Positions 46,606 to 56,688 of a stretch of 64,000 nucleotides of DNA are shown piece after piece. A model generated the notes under the pieces. The model made no database searches and was not told the DNA's origin. It saw nothing but the letters and a program-made list of their open reading frames with translations. Positions within the stretch are counted from its first letter, which is position 1. Every line of letters starts with the position of its first letter. The translations under genes and the position numbers were made by a program. The DNA is from Minisyncoccota bacterium (GTDB lineage Bacteria > Patescibacteriota > Minisyncoccia > Phycocordibacterales > UBA9973): contig JBAZSZ010000002.1 in NCBI GenBank assembly GCA_041662205.1, forward strand, positions 103,266 to 167,265, read 5' to 3'.

Positions 46606-46683
46606 GCTTCTTCCAATTTTTCTTCGGCTCATCCTTCTCGGAGTACCGAGCGGGACCCTACCGAAAGAAAAATTGGAAGAAGC
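46606..46683. repeat. Compound GC-containing palindrome between pilB and pilC
   Basis: cttcttccaatttttcttCGG...CTCGGagtaCCGAG...CCGaagaaaaattggaagaag. An 18-bp outer inverted repeat encloses an inner palindrome. The right arm overlaps the possible TTG start of pilC. Confidence 0.6.
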
Positions 46684-47911
46684 TTTACAAAAAATGTTAT
46701 TTTTATACAGCGCAAAATCAAAAACAGGGGAAATTTTGGAAAGTGTCTTGGACGCCACTGATCGTTATACTCTTGCTCGAGAGTTGCGTTCTCGGGGTTA
46801 TGCTCCATTGTCGATTACAAAAAAAAATAAATATTTTAGTGATAAATTTTTAGCCCTGTCTGATATTTTTTCAAAAATAAAAGTTGCAGAGCAGATCATA
46901 TTGACTAAAAATTTAAGTGGAATGATCAAAGCAGGACTCTCCCTTTCCAGAGCATTATCGGTTTTAAAAAAGCAAACAAAAAATCCTAAACTAATTAAAA
47001 TTTTAACTTCTTTAATAAATGATATAAATTCTGGAGAAACTTTTTCTTTTGCTCTTTCAAAATTTCCAAATGTTTTTTCTAAACTTTTTACCTCGATGGC
47101 TCGTGCTGGGGAAGAATCAGGAAATCTGTCTGGAGCTCTTTCTGATATTGGATTAAATCTGGAAAAGTCTTATTCTTTGAATAAGAAAATTAAAGGCGCG
47201 CTTATTTACCCAGGAGTGATCATGTCAGCGATGGTCGTTATTGGTGTTTTGATGTTTGCTTTTGTGGTGCCAACTTTGGCAGGTACATTCAAAGAACTTG
47301 GAGTGGTATTACCTTTTTCTACTCAGGTCCTTATATTTTTTGGTAATTTTTTCTCGCATAATTTAATCCTAACTTTTCTAATAATTTTCAGTACAGCTCT
47401 CGGTATCATTTCTCTTTTTCAAGCTAAATTCATGGCGCCGTATATTGATTTTATTATTTTAAAAATTCCAGTTGTGAATAATTTAACTAAAGAATTAAAT
47501 ACTGCCCGCACGGCTCGCACTATTTCTTCGCTTTTAATTTCTGGTGTTTCTTTAACTCGAACTATTGAAATAACTGAAGATGTAGTGCAAAATATTTATT
47601 ATAAAAAAGTTTTAAATGAAGCAAAATTAGCGATAGAAAAAGGAGAGCCATTTTCAAAGGCATTCGAAGCTCATCTTGATTTATATCCTGTAATGATGTC
47701 CGAAATGATTGAGGTCGGAGAGGAAACAGGAAAACTATCTGATATGTTGCTTGAAATTGCTTTATTTTATGAAGGAGAGGTAGAAAATAAAACTAAAAAT
47801 CTTTCCACTATTATCGAGCCTTTACTCATGATTGTTATCGGATCGGGGGTTGGGTTTTTTGCTATTTCAATGATTTCCCCATTGTATTCAATTTTAGGAA
47901 GTATAAATTAA
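46673..47911 (+). CDS. pilC: Type IV pilus platform protein PilC (T2SS F-domain x2)
   Basis: Two GspF-like repeats with TM helices. The ORF-track start is a TTG at 46673; an ATG at 46694 is an alternative. Confidence 0.85.
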   Translation: MEEALQKMLFLYSAKSKTGEILESVLDATDRYTLARELRSRGYAPLSITKKNKYFSDKFLALSDIFSKIKVAEQIILTKNLSGMIKAGLSLSRALSVLKKQTKNPKLIKILTSLINDINSGETFSFALSKFPNVFSKLFTSMARAGEESGNLSGALSDIGLNLEKSYSLNKKIKGALIYPGVIMSAMVVIGVLMFAFVVPTLAGTFKELGVVLPFSTQVLIFFGNFFSHNLILTFLIIFSTALGIISLFQAKFMAPYIDFIILKIPVVNNLTKELNTARTARTISSLLISGVSLTRTIEITEDVVQNIYYKKVLNEAKLAIEKGEPFSKAFEAHLDLYPVMMSEMIEVGEETGKLSDMLLEIALFYEGEVENKTKNLSTIIEPLLMIVIGSGVGFFAISMISPLYSILGSIN

Positions 47912-47915
47912 CAAC

Positions 47916-48401
47916 ATGATTAATTTATTAAAAATTAAGAAAGATTTTTTACTAAAGACGCGGGGGATATCTGTAATAGAGATATTGATTATAATTGCAG
48001 TCCTTGGTATTATTTTTTTGATTTTTATTCCTCAATTTTCTAAATTAAGAGAAATGCAAGTACTCAAAAGCGGAGTTGGAGATATCTTGTCTTCCATAGA
48101 CAAAGCACGTAGTGAAACGCTAGCATCTGTTGACTCTTCTTCTTATGGGGTGCATTTTCAATCTGATAAAATTATAATTTTTAAAGGTACAGTTTTTTCT
48201 GATTCTGATGTAAATAATAAAACAATAAACATTACAACACCCGCAACTATTTCTGATATTACTCTCGGGGGTGGGGGGAGTGATCTTTATTTTAATCGTC
48301 TTTCAGGTGCACCAAACACTACCGGAACTGTAATAGTTTCCACCACTTCTTATTCAAAGACGATCACAATTTCTGCTACTGGAGTTGCTAGCGTTAATTA
48401 A
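47916..48401 (+). CDS. Type IV pilin/pseudopilin (class III prepilin signal)
   Basis: KTRG/ISVIEILIIIAVLGIIF: Gly at -1, Glu at +5, then a hydrophobic helix. Confidence 0.75.
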   Translation: MINLLKIKKDFLLKTRGISVIEILIIIAVLGIIFLIFIPQFSKLREMQVLKSGVGDILSSIDKARSETLASVDSSSYGVHFQSDKIIIFKGTVFSDSDVNNKTINITTPATISDITLGGGGSDLYFNRLSGAPNTTGTVIVSTTSYSKTITISATGVASVN

Positions 48402-48402
48402 G

Positions 48403-48828
48403 ATGAAAAATATTTTTTTTAAAAAAGGTTTCATGGTTGTGGAAGTATTAATAGCTGCTTCTATTATTACTGTTTCTGTTTTAGCTGCGATGACGGTTGC
48501 TCAAAAATCTATTTTTGTTTCTCGCCAAGCTTTGCATGTGACACAAGCGTCATTTTTATTAGAAGAAGGAGCCGAGAACGCGCGAATTGCTAGAGATAAT
48601 GCTTGGAGTAATGTAGCGAGTATTAATTCTTCGGAACAAATAGGAATTTTTACTAGAACGGTTGTTGCTTCAAATACGAATCGTGACAATACTACTAAAG
48701 ATATTGTTAGTGTCGGAGGCGTTCTTGATCCTGGAACAAAATTAATAACTGTTACTGTTTTTTGGCAAGAAGGCGGGCAAACAATAACCAAATCATTACA
48801 ATTTTTCATATCTGATATTTTTTTATGA
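48403..48828 (+). CDS. Pseudopilin
   Basis: KKG/FMVVEVLIAASIITVSVLA prepilin signal with Glu at +5. Confidence 0.7.
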   Translation: MKNIFFKKGFMVVEVLIAASIITVSVLAAMTVAQKSIFVSRQALHVTQASFLLEEGAENARIARDNAWSNVASINSSEQIGIFTRTVVASNTNRDNTTKDIVSVGGVLDPGTKLITVTVFWQEGGQTITKSLQFFISDIFL

Positions 48829-49310
48829 TAAAAATTAATCGACAAAAAAATGGTTACGCTATCTTAGAACTTCTTTTTTATGTCGCTTTTTTTTCTATTC
48901 TTTCTTTGGTGGTGATCAATGCGATGATTACAATGGCTAGAGCATTAAAGGAAACTACCATACACGCGGAATTAATTCAGAGTGGAAATATCATGGAAAG
49001 AATGTCGAGAGAAATTAGACAAGCTAGTGATATTATATCAATCAGCGCAAATGATTTAGTGCTTGATGCTGGGTCAGGCAAAACAATAGAATTTAAGTTA
49101 GTTGGTTCAGATGTTCAACTTTGGGATACTAGCACTAATATTGGAAATTTAAATTCACCCAATATTATAGTTACCGCTCTTACTTTTACTCAAATAATTA
49201 CAACAAAAGGAAAAGCGGTTAAAATAGTTTTAACTATAAGGCCTATTAATGATGCATCAGGTAATATCCAAGATTTTTACAATACGATTGTGTTAAGAGG
49301 GAGTTATTAA
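48825..49310 (+). CDS. Pseudopilin
   Basis: KNG/YAILELLFYVAFFSILSLVV prepilin-like N-terminus. Confidence 0.7.
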   Translation: MIKINRQKNGYAILELLFYVAFFSILSLVVINAMITMARALKETTIHAELIQSGNIMERMSREIRQASDIISISANDLVLDAGSGKTIEFKLVGSDVQLWDTSTNIGNLNSPNIIVTALTFTQIITTKGKAVKIVLTIRPINDASGNIQDFYNTIVLRGSY

Positions 49311-49314
49311 TAAA

Positions 49315-50610
49315 ATGAAAAAAACAAGAAGAAAAGTTAATAATCAATCAGGTGCAGCGATGCTTATATCTGTTTTATTTTTCCTTTTCATTTCTTTGGC
49401 AATAATTGCTGGGCTTGTAGGGCCGACTGTGCGGGAATTTAGGAATGCCAGAGTGAATTTGAATTCTAAGCTAGTATATTTTTTAGCGGAATCTGGAACA
49501 GAAGATGCGGCGTATAGGATATTAAACAATATGACGATAGGAAATAGTGAAACAATAACTCTGAATTCTAATTCAGTGACCACTACAATTTCTACTCTTT
49601 TGGGAAATATTAAGGAAGTTGATTCTCTGGGTGACGTTGAAAGTTCACAGCGGAAAACTAGTCTGACTCTTAAAACTGGAGAGGGTACTGTGTTCAAATA
49701 TGGATCACAAGCAGGAGAAGGCGGTTTCGTTTTTCAAAACAATTCTTATGTAAGTGGCAGTTTGTATTCAAATGGTGATATTCTTGGTTCAAATGGTGCT
49801 TATGTCACAGGCGATGCATTTGTGGCTGGGAATACTGGATTAATTTCAAATATGCGTATTGGTTACGGTGGTACTGGGAATGCGCATTCCCATAATGTAA
49901 CTGGTTCAACAGTAACTGGTACAATTTATTGCCAAGTTGGTTCTGGAAACAATAAAAATTGTGATACTTCACAGGCTGATCCTGAGATTAAGGAAATGCC
50001 AATATCTGATGAAAAAATTACTCAATGGAAAACTGATGCAACTAATGGTGGAGTGACGGAAAACAATGTAATAATTTCTACACCAACTTTTCTTGGTCCC
50101 CAAAAGATAATAGGTAATTTGACAATAAATGATATTTTGACCATTACAGATACTATTTATGTAACAGGTAATATTATAATTAATGCTATTCCAGGACAAC
50201 CAACACCACCATCTTTAAAGCTGACTTCTTCTTATGGAGCAACCTCAGGTATTATAATTGCTGATGGTTATATTATAATAAATAATGGTGTTGCTTTTGA
50301 AGACTCCGGAACTACTGGAAGTTATATATTACTTTTATCAAATAGTACTTGTGATGCAAGTATGTCTGGAAGTCCTTGTAATGGACATAATGCGATTGAT
50401 GTCAGCAATAACTCAGCTATTTCAATATTAAATGCTCAAAAGGGCACAATTTATTTTAGTAATAATGCAAGTGTAAAAGAGGCAGCAGGAAAAAAAATAG
50501 AATTAAAAAACAACACGCATTTTGATTATGGAAGTGGGTTGATAAATGTTGATTTCACAAGTGGCCCTTCGGGTTCTTGGGTTATTGATAGTTGGGAGGA
50601 AAGTATTTAA
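49315..50610 (+). CDS. Large minor pilin-like protein (431 aa, PilX/tip-adhesin-like)
   Basis: N-terminus QSGAAMLISVLFFLFISLAIIAGL (prepilin-like but lacking Glu at +5), followed by a Gly/Asn/Thr-rich beta-rich region. Confidence 0.55.
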   Translation: MKKTRRKVNNQSGAAMLISVLFFLFISLAIIAGLVGPTVREFRNARVNLNSKLVYFLAESGTEDAAYRILNNMTIGNSETITLNSNSVTTTISTLLGNIKEVDSLGDVESSQRKTSLTLKTGEGTVFKYGSQAGEGGFVFQNNSYVSGSLYSNGDILGSNGAYVTGDAFVAGNTGLISNMRIGYGGTGNAHSHNVTGSTVTGTIYCQVGSGNNKNCDTSQADPEIKEMPISDEKITQWKTDATNGGVTENNVIISTPTFLGPQKIIGNLTINDILTITDTIYVTGNIIINAIPGQPTPPSLKLTSSYGATSGIIIADGYIIINNGVAFEDSGTTGSYILLLSNSTCDASMSGSPCNGHNAIDVSNNSAISILNAQKGTIYFSNNASVKEAAGKKIELKNNTHFDYGSGLINVDFTSGPSGSWVIDSWEESI

Positions 50611-50629
50611 AATATGTTAGAATAATTCT

Positions 50630-51421
50630 ATGTCTAAAAAAATTATTATTGGTAATTGGAAAATGAACCCGCTTACTTCAAAGGAGGCGGAAAAGCTTTT
50701 TTTTGACGTGGTAAAAGGAATTTCTGAAATTAAAAAAACTGTAAAAAAGACTGAAGTCGTAATTTGTCCGCCCAGTATTTATTTAGAAAAATTAAAAAAA
50801 ATTAGAACTAGTAAAATACTGCTAGGCGCGCAGAATGCTTTTTCTGGAGATGTCGGTGCTTTTACCGGAGAAGTTTCAGGAGAAATGCTTTATGAAATAG
50901 GAGTTAGATATGTGATTTTAGGACATTCAGAAAGACGTAATCCATCAGCCATAGGAGGGGAAACAAATGAAATGATAAATAAAAAAATAAAATCTTCACT
51001 TGTTGCAGGACTTTATCCTATATTATGTGTTGGAGAAAACACTCGTGATCTTAGCCATGGTTATTTTAATTTAGTTAAAACACAAATAGAAGAATGTCTG
51101 GCTGGAATTTCTAAAAACTCAATTTCAAAAATTATCATTGCTTATGAGCCAGTCTGGGCGCTTTCTAGTACAATTGATCGCAAGGATGCCACGGCTCTTG
51201 ATTCTAGAGAAATGGCTATTTTTATTCGTAAAATTCTTTCTGATAAATTTGGCCGAGAAGCAGGGAGCACTAGGATTATTTATGGTGGTTCCGCTAATGA
51301 AAAAGATGCGGAAGATTTTCTAAAAAATGGAGGAGTAGATGGTTTGCTCGCTGGTCGTGCTAGTTTAAATGCAAAAAAGTTTGTAGAAATTGTAAAAATA
51401 TGCGAAGCATTAAATCAATAA
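50630..51421 (+). CDS. tpiA: Triosephosphate isomerase
   Basis: IIGNWKMN, ILGHSERR, and AYEPVWA. Confidence 0.9.
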   Translation: MSKKIIIGNWKMNPLTSKEAEKLFFDVVKGISEIKKTVKKTEVVICPPSIYLEKLKKIRTSKILLGAQNAFSGDVGAFTGEVSGEMLYEIGVRYVILGHSERRNPSAIGGETNEMINKKIKSSLVAGLYPILCVGENTRDLSHGYFNLVKTQIEECLAGISKNSISKIIIAYEPVWALSSTIDRKDATALDSREMAIFIRKILSDKFGREAGSTRIIYGGSANEKDAEDFLKNGGVDGLLAGRASLNAKKFVEIVKICEALNQ

Positions 51422-52419
51422 AAAATATACAAGGGAAAACGGTGCTGGTGCGGGTGGATTTTAATGTGCCTATTAAAAATGGGAAAGTGGAAGATGATTT
51501 TCGCATAAAAAGAGCTTTGCCAACAATTAATTTTTTACTTAAAAAAGGTGCGAAATTAATTTTAATTACTCATCTTGGTAAAGACGGAACAGCAAGTCTG
51601 AAACCAGTGATAAAACATTTTTTTGCAATTTCAAAAATACCTGAAAACAAAATAACTTTTTTTGACAATATCAGAAAATTTCCTGGTGAAATGAAAAATG
51701 ATAAAAATTTTGCCAAAAAACTCTCAACCATGGGGGATATTTATGTGAATGACGCTTTTTCGGTTTCACATAGAAAACATGCTTCATTAGTAACGTTACC
51801 AAAATACTTGCAAAGTTTTGCCGGATTGGAATTTGAAAAAGAAATAGAAAATTTGTCTCACGCTATTTTAAAACCTAAACATCCATTTTTATTTATTTTA
51901 GGCGGGGCTAAATTTTCCACTAAAATGCCTCTCATAAAAAAATACTTAAAATTAGCAGACTACGTTTTTGTCGGTGGAGCTTTAGCCCATGATTTTTTAA
52001 AAGTGAAAGGATGTGAAATCGGTGAGTCTTTGGTCAGTAATGATAATTATGGGATTGAAGAATTATTGAAAAATAAAAAATTGATTATACCTACTGATTT
52101 TATAATGAAAGACGGGGCTATTATAGATATAGGAGAAGAGGCAGTGAAAGATTTAGCTTCTCTAATAAAGAAGTCGAAACTTATACTCTGGAATGGTCCG
52201 CTTGGCAAATATGAAGACGGCGGAGCGAAAGCCACAAAAAAAGCATTGAGGCTGGTTGCAGCTTCTAGAGCTGAAAGTATTATTGGCGGAGGAGATACTG
52301 CGGATTTAATAGATAAAATGAATATAGAAAATAAATTTTCTTTTGTGTCGACCGGAGGTGGCGCCATGCTAGATTTCTTGGCAAATGGAACCCTACCAGG
52401 AATCAAAGCGCTTCGATAA
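51400..52419 (+). CDS. pgk: Phosphoglycerate kinase (compact, 339 aa)
   Basis: VLVRVDFNVP and C-terminal STGGGAMLDFL. Overlaps tpiA by 22 nt. Confidence 0.8.
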   Translation: MRSIKSIKNIQGKTVLVRVDFNVPIKNGKVEDDFRIKRALPTINFLLKKGAKLILITHLGKDGTASLKPVIKHFFAISKIPENKITFFDNIRKFPGEMKNDKNFAKKLSTMGDIYVNDAFSVSHRKHASLVTLPKYLQSFAGLEFEKEIENLSHAILKPKHPFLFILGGAKFSTKMPLIKKYLKLADYVFVGGALAHDFLKVKGCEIGESLVSNDNYGIEELLKNKKLIIPTDFIMKDGAIIDIGEEAVKDLASLIKKSKLILWNGPLGKYEDGGAKATKKALRLVAASRAESIIGGGDTADLIDKMNIENKFSFVSTGGGAMLDFLANGTLPGIKALR

Positions 52420-52795
52420 TTTTTTTGGCAGCTTCTACTGATTCATTATCTTTATATGTTTTTATTGGAAACATAGGTAGAGCATCTTTTAAATATCTTG
52501 GAATTAGGTGAACGTGGAAATGCGGGACGTCTTTGCCTACGACTGATAACTGTACATAATCGCACCCAATTCCTTTTTTAACGGCTAGTATTAATTTTTT
52601 TGCTAATGTAAAAATTTCTGAAATGATTCCATCATCTGCGTCTTGTATCCAGACAATATGCTTTTTAGGAATTATTAAAAGGTGTCCATCGGAAACTGGC
52701 TGGATGTCTAAAAACACCAAAAAATCTTGGTTTTCATGGATTTTTGTGCAAGGGATTTCTCCTTTGACTATTTTACAAAAAATGCAGTTTTCCAT
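52403..52795 (-). CDS. HIT-family (histidine triad) hydrolase
   Basis: CIFCKI zinc-binding region and HFHVHLIP histidine triad. Confidence 0.75.
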   Translation of the reverse strand: MENCIFCKIVKGEIPCTKIHENQDFLVFLDIQPVSDGHLLIIPKKHIVWIQDADDGIISEIFTLAKKLILAVKKGIGCDYVQLSVVGKDVPHFHVHLIPRYLKDALPMFPIKTYKDNESVEAAKKIIEAL

Positions 52796-52812
52796 AGAAA
52801 GTTTTATAAAAT

Positions 52813-52875
52813 AAAGTTTTGGAATGGTCTGGCTGGGATAGGGACCCAGAGAACCGAGGACCTGAGAAAACTTTG
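52813..52875 (+). repeat. Palindromic element copy F, intergenic (HIT gene / recJ), with compensatory stem changes
   Basis: aaagttttggaATGGTCTGGCTGGGATAGGGACCCAGAGAACCGAGGACCtgagaaaacttt. The stem CTGGG/CCCAG replaces CCGGG/CCCGG, a double compensatory change. The outer arms aaagtttt/aaaacttt extend the palindrome to about 63 bp. Confidence 0.8.
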
Positions 52876-52895
52876 ATTTTATAAAACTTTCTATA

Positions 52896-54578
52896 TTGTA
52901 TGCTAAAATTCAATTTATGCAAAGATACGGAGAATTATTGCGAACACTTTTGGAAAAAAGGGGAATTGTTGATGAAAAACAAGCGGAAATTTTTCTAAAT
53001 CCAAATTATGAACGTGATTTTCATGACCCATTTTTAATGCGAGATATGGAAAAAGCTTGTGTGCGTTTATATGAAGCAATAGAAAATAAAGAAAAAATAA
53101 TTATTTACGCAGATTATGATTGCGATGGGATACCTGGGGCAGTTATCTTGACTGATTTGTTTCTATTATTGGGATATAAAAATTTTGAAATTTATATTCC
53201 TCAAAGAAATTCGGAGGGCTACGGACTAAATCTTGAAGCGATAAAACAATTTTCAAAATCTAATGTGAAACTTTTAATTACGGTGGATCTTGGCATTACT
53301 GCAATAAAGGAAGTAGCGCAAGCAGAAGTCGATGGTATAGACGTAATAATAATGGATCACCATTTGCCAAAAGAAACTCTACCTCGTGCTTATGCAATTT
53401 TAAATCCAAAGGTGGATGAATATCCGGAAAAAATGCTTTGTGGGGCGGGAGTTGTTTTTAAATTTGTGCAGGGGTTTATTCAAAAATATAGTAAATATTT
53501 TGACATTAAAGATGGTAGTGAGAAATGGATGCTAGATATGGCGGGATTAGCGACGCTTTCTGATATGGTTCAGCTTACGGGTGAGAATAGAGCTATGGCA
53601 TATTTTGGAATGAAAGTGCTAAAGAAGACTCCTCGTCCAGGATTACAAAAACTTTTAGCAAAAATGAAGATTGAACAGAAATATTTATCTTCTGACGATG
53701 TTGGTTTTATGGTAACACCTAGATTAAATGCCGCCTCAAGGATGGACGATCCGATGCGAGCTTATGAACTTCTTGCCACGAGAGATGAGTCGGAAGCGGA
53801 TGTACTTTCAAATCACTTATCAAAAATAAATGATGAAAGAAAAAATATCGTGAAGGGTATTATGCGTGATGTAAATAAACATATAGATAAAAAATTAGAA
53901 AGTGGAAAAGGGTCTGACGTGATAGTGATAGGTAATCCAGAATGGAAGGTAGGAGTACTGGGACTTATCGCGGGGAAAATATCAGATAAATATAAAAAAT
54001 CTGTTTTTGTATGGGCGAAAGATGAAAATGATTGTATTAAGGGTTCTTGTCGGAGCGATGGATCTGTTTCTGTGGTGGAGCTGATGAGTGAAAACAGTGA
54101 ATCATTTGTGGATTTTGGCGGGCACGAGCTGGCAGGAGGGTTTACTGTTTACGATGATAAAATTCATTTTTTAGAAGAAGCGCTTTCTCTTTCTTTTCAC
54201 AAAGTAAAAAGAGAAAAAAAAGAATATATTGTAGATTATGATATTAAATCTGATTTAGGCATCGTGAATATTAAAAATTGGAAGGAAATAGAAAAAATGA
54301 CACCTTTTGGAATAGGAAATCCTAAACCAGTTTTTTTCTTTTCTGACGTTAAGATAGAAAAAATAAAAAAATTTGGCAAAAATGGATCCGGAGAACATCT
54401 AGAAATTATTTTTTCTGATTCTTCTGGTAAAGTTACAGCAATTTCTTTTTTTTCTGATTGTGATTCTTTTGACGTACCTCTTGTAGAAGATAAAACAGTC
54501 AATCTATTGGCTACATTTGATCTATCTAGATTTAGAGGGAGAGTTGAGTTAAGATTGAGAATAGAGAATATATTATAA
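52896..54578 (+). CDS. recJ: Single-stranded-DNA-specific exonuclease RecJ
   Basis: DHH motifs IIYADYDCDGIPGA and IIMDHH, and the DHHA1 region GGHELAGG. Confidence 0.85.
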   Translation: MYAKIQFMQRYGELLRTLLEKRGIVDEKQAEIFLNPNYERDFHDPFLMRDMEKACVRLYEAIENKEKIIIYADYDCDGIPGAVILTDLFLLLGYKNFEIYIPQRNSEGYGLNLEAIKQFSKSNVKLLITVDLGITAIKEVAQAEVDGIDVIIMDHHLPKETLPRAYAILNPKVDEYPEKMLCGAGVVFKFVQGFIQKYSKYFDIKDGSEKWMLDMAGLATLSDMVQLTGENRAMAYFGMKVLKKTPRPGLQKLLAKMKIEQKYLSSDDVGFMVTPRLNAASRMDDPMRAYELLATRDESEADVLSNHLSKINDERKNIVKGIMRDVNKHIDKKLESGKGSDVIVIGNPEWKVGVLGLIAGKISDKYKKSVFVWAKDENDCIKGSCRSDGSVSVVELMSENSESFVDFGGHELAGGFTVYDDKIHFLEEALSLSFHKVKREKKEYIVDYDIKSDLGIVNIKNWKEIEKMTPFGIGNPKPVFFFSDVKIEKIKKFGKNGSGEHLEIIFSDSSGKVTAISFFSDCDSFDVPLVEDKTVNLLATFDLSRFRGRVELRLRIENIL

Positions 54579-54599
54579 GAGATGCAAAAAGAATATAGC

Positions 54600-55073
54600 A
54601 TGAAAATTTATACAGATGGAGCAGCCAAGGGGAACCCAGGCAGGTCCGGATGGGGGGCGGTTTTTATCGTAATGGATAAGGTTTTTGAAATTGGTGGAGG
54701 GGTAGACCATGCCACAAATAATCAAATGGAGTTAACAGCGCCCATTGAAGCTTTGAAGTTTCTAGCTAGGCAAGGTCTAGTCGGAGATGATGTGGAAATT
54801 GTTTCTGATTCTAAGTATGTGATCTTGGGAATTACAGAATGGATTTTTAATTGGCAAAAAAATAATTGGCGCAATGCTAAAAAGGAGCCTGTTTTAAATC
54901 AGGTTCTTTGGGAAGAATTATATTCTCTTACACAAGAATTTGCTTGTTTACCAAATAGGGAAAAAATTAAATGGACTTATGTAAAAGGACATAATGGAGA
55001 TAAATATAATGAAAGGGCGGACGAAATAGCTACCAGTTTTGCGGAAGGCAAGCCGGTAAAATTGAAAAAATAG
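54600..55073 (+). CDS. rnhA: Ribonuclease HI
   Basis: MKIYTDGAAKGNPGRSGWGAV, SDSKYV, HNGDKYNERADEIA. Confidence 0.85.
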   Translation: MKIYTDGAAKGNPGRSGWGAVFIVMDKVFEIGGGVDHATNNQMELTAPIEALKFLARQGLVGDDVEIVSDSKYVILGITEWIFNWQKNNWRNAKKEPVLNQVLWEELYSLTQEFACLPNREKIKWTYVKGHNGDKYNERADEIATSFAEGKPVKLKK

Positions 55074-55082
55074 TTATCCTAA

Positions 55083-56591
55083 ATGCGAGATAGAATTTTT
55101 TATACAATTTGTTTTGGTTTTTTATTTGGAGTGCTGACGCGCTCTTTTATTTTGGTAGATTTATATTTGGTTATTTTGTTTAGTGTGATTGCTGGTGCAT
55201 TGTTTATATTTTTTACATTAGTCTCAAAAAGTGATTGGACCTGTCTGCGCAGGCAGGGAATTATAGTTTCTATTTTTATTTTGGCTTTTAGTTTAGGTGT
55301 TTACAGATTTAATATGGTGGATGTGCCGAATTCTCTTGTTTTTGAAAATCAAGTGGGACAAGAAGTAACTTTTTCTGGAGAAATTACAGACGAGCCTAGT
55401 ATAAAAGAGAATAACCAGCAATTGATAGTAAAAATAAAAAAAGAAAAAGATAAAACACATATTTTATTAACCACTAATTTAGATATAGATTATAAATATG
55501 GAGATGAGATAAATTTTTTTGGCGAATTAGAAAAGCCGGGAAATTTTATTACTGATCAGGGAAAAGAATTTGACTATATAAATTATTTACGGAAAGATGG
55601 GATTTTGTATGTGATGAGTTATCCAACAATTTCCATTGTTTCGCGCGGGAATGGTAACTCAATTCAAAGCATCTTATTTTCTATTAAAGATAAGTTTTTG
55701 GAGAAAATAAATTTTGCTATTAATGCCCCTGAGAATCTTCTTATGGGCGGGCTTATTTTGGGCGAAAAATCTTCTTTTAGCCAGGAGCTGAGACAGAATT
55801 TTGTGGATACTGGTACGATACACATCGTTGCTCTTTCTGGATACAATGTGACAATTGTGGCTGAATGGATTATGAAATTATTCTCTTATGTAAATTTTGG
55901 CTTGCCTGCACAGGCAGGTATTGGAATGGGAATATTAACAATAATTTTATTCATTATAATGACTGGTGGAATTTCGACCGCTATTCGGGCGGGGATAATG
56001 GCGACTTTGGCATTAGTGGCCCGCGCGACTGGGCGCAACTATGATGTCGCGCGAGCTTTATTATTGGCTGGGTTGTTTATGATAATTCTTAATCCTTTTC
56101 TTCTTGTTTTTGATGCTTCTTTTCAACTTTCTTTTTTGGCGACAGCCGCTGTGATATTTATTGCTCCTAGAATTGAAAAATATTTTCTATGGGTACCGAA
56201 AACTTTTGAGTTACGAGATATAGTATCAGTCACTTGCGCTGCTTATATTTTTGTTTTTCCTTTTATTCTTTATAAAATGGGTAATTTTTCACTCGTAGCC
56301 TTACCAGCTAATATTTTAATTTTGCCCTTTATTCCTCTTACGATGATGTTTGGGTTTGTTACTGGTTTTCTTGGACTTGTTTATTATGTATTGGCAGTGC
56401 CTGTGGGTTATCTTTCTTATTTATTTTTACATTATGAGCTCGGAGTAATAAGTTTTTTTGCTGATCTACCTTTTGCGTCTTTTACTTTTCCAGATTTTCC
56501 ACTTTTGCTAACAGTTTTAATATACATCTATTTTATTTATAAACTTTTTGGCAGAAATATAATAAGTTTTTTTAGAGAAAATCAAGAATAA
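55083..56591 (+). CDS. comEC: ComEC/Rec2-family competence channel protein (DUF4131 + Competence domain only; no MBL domain)
   Basis: Polytopic membrane protein with the Competence-domain motif GTIHIVALSGYNVTIVA. Confidence 0.7.
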   Translation: MRDRIFYTICFGFLFGVLTRSFILVDLYLVILFSVIAGALFIFFTLVSKSDWTCLRRQGIIVSIFILAFSLGVYRFNMVDVPNSLVFENQVGQEVTFSGEITDEPSIKENNQQLIVKIKKEKDKTHILLTTNLDIDYKYGDEINFFGELEKPGNFITDQGKEFDYINYLRKDGILYVMSYPTISIVSRGNGNSIQSILFSIKDKFLEKINFAINAPENLLMGGLILGEKSSFSQELRQNFVDTGTIHIVALSGYNVTIVAEWIMKLFSYVNFGLPAQAGIGMGILTIILFIIMTGGISTAIRAGIMATLALVARATGRNYDVARALLLAGLFMIILNPFLLVFDASFQLSFLATAAVIFIAPRIEKYFLWVPKTFELRDIVSVTCAAYIFVFPFILYKMGNFSLVALPANILILPFIPLTMMFGFVTGFLGLVYYVLAVPVGYLSYLFLHYELGVISFFADLPFASFTFPDFPLLLTVLIYIYFIYKLFGRNIISFFRENQE

Positions 56592-56600
56592 TGTTTTTAA

Positions 56601-56662
56601 GGGGTTTCGAGGCTGTCGAGCCGAGAATTTCAGGATTTTTCAAGCTTCGAAAAATTTGTACC
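56601..56662 (-). repeat. Family T2, copy 2 (reverse orientation) between the convergent comEC and sodA genes
   Basis: The reverse complement reads GGTACAAATTTTTCGAAGCTTGAAAAATCCTGAAATTCTCGGCTCGACAGCCTCGAAACCCC. Confidence 0.7.
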
Positions 56663-56688
56663 GGCAAAAATATTACTCTTGATTTTCT

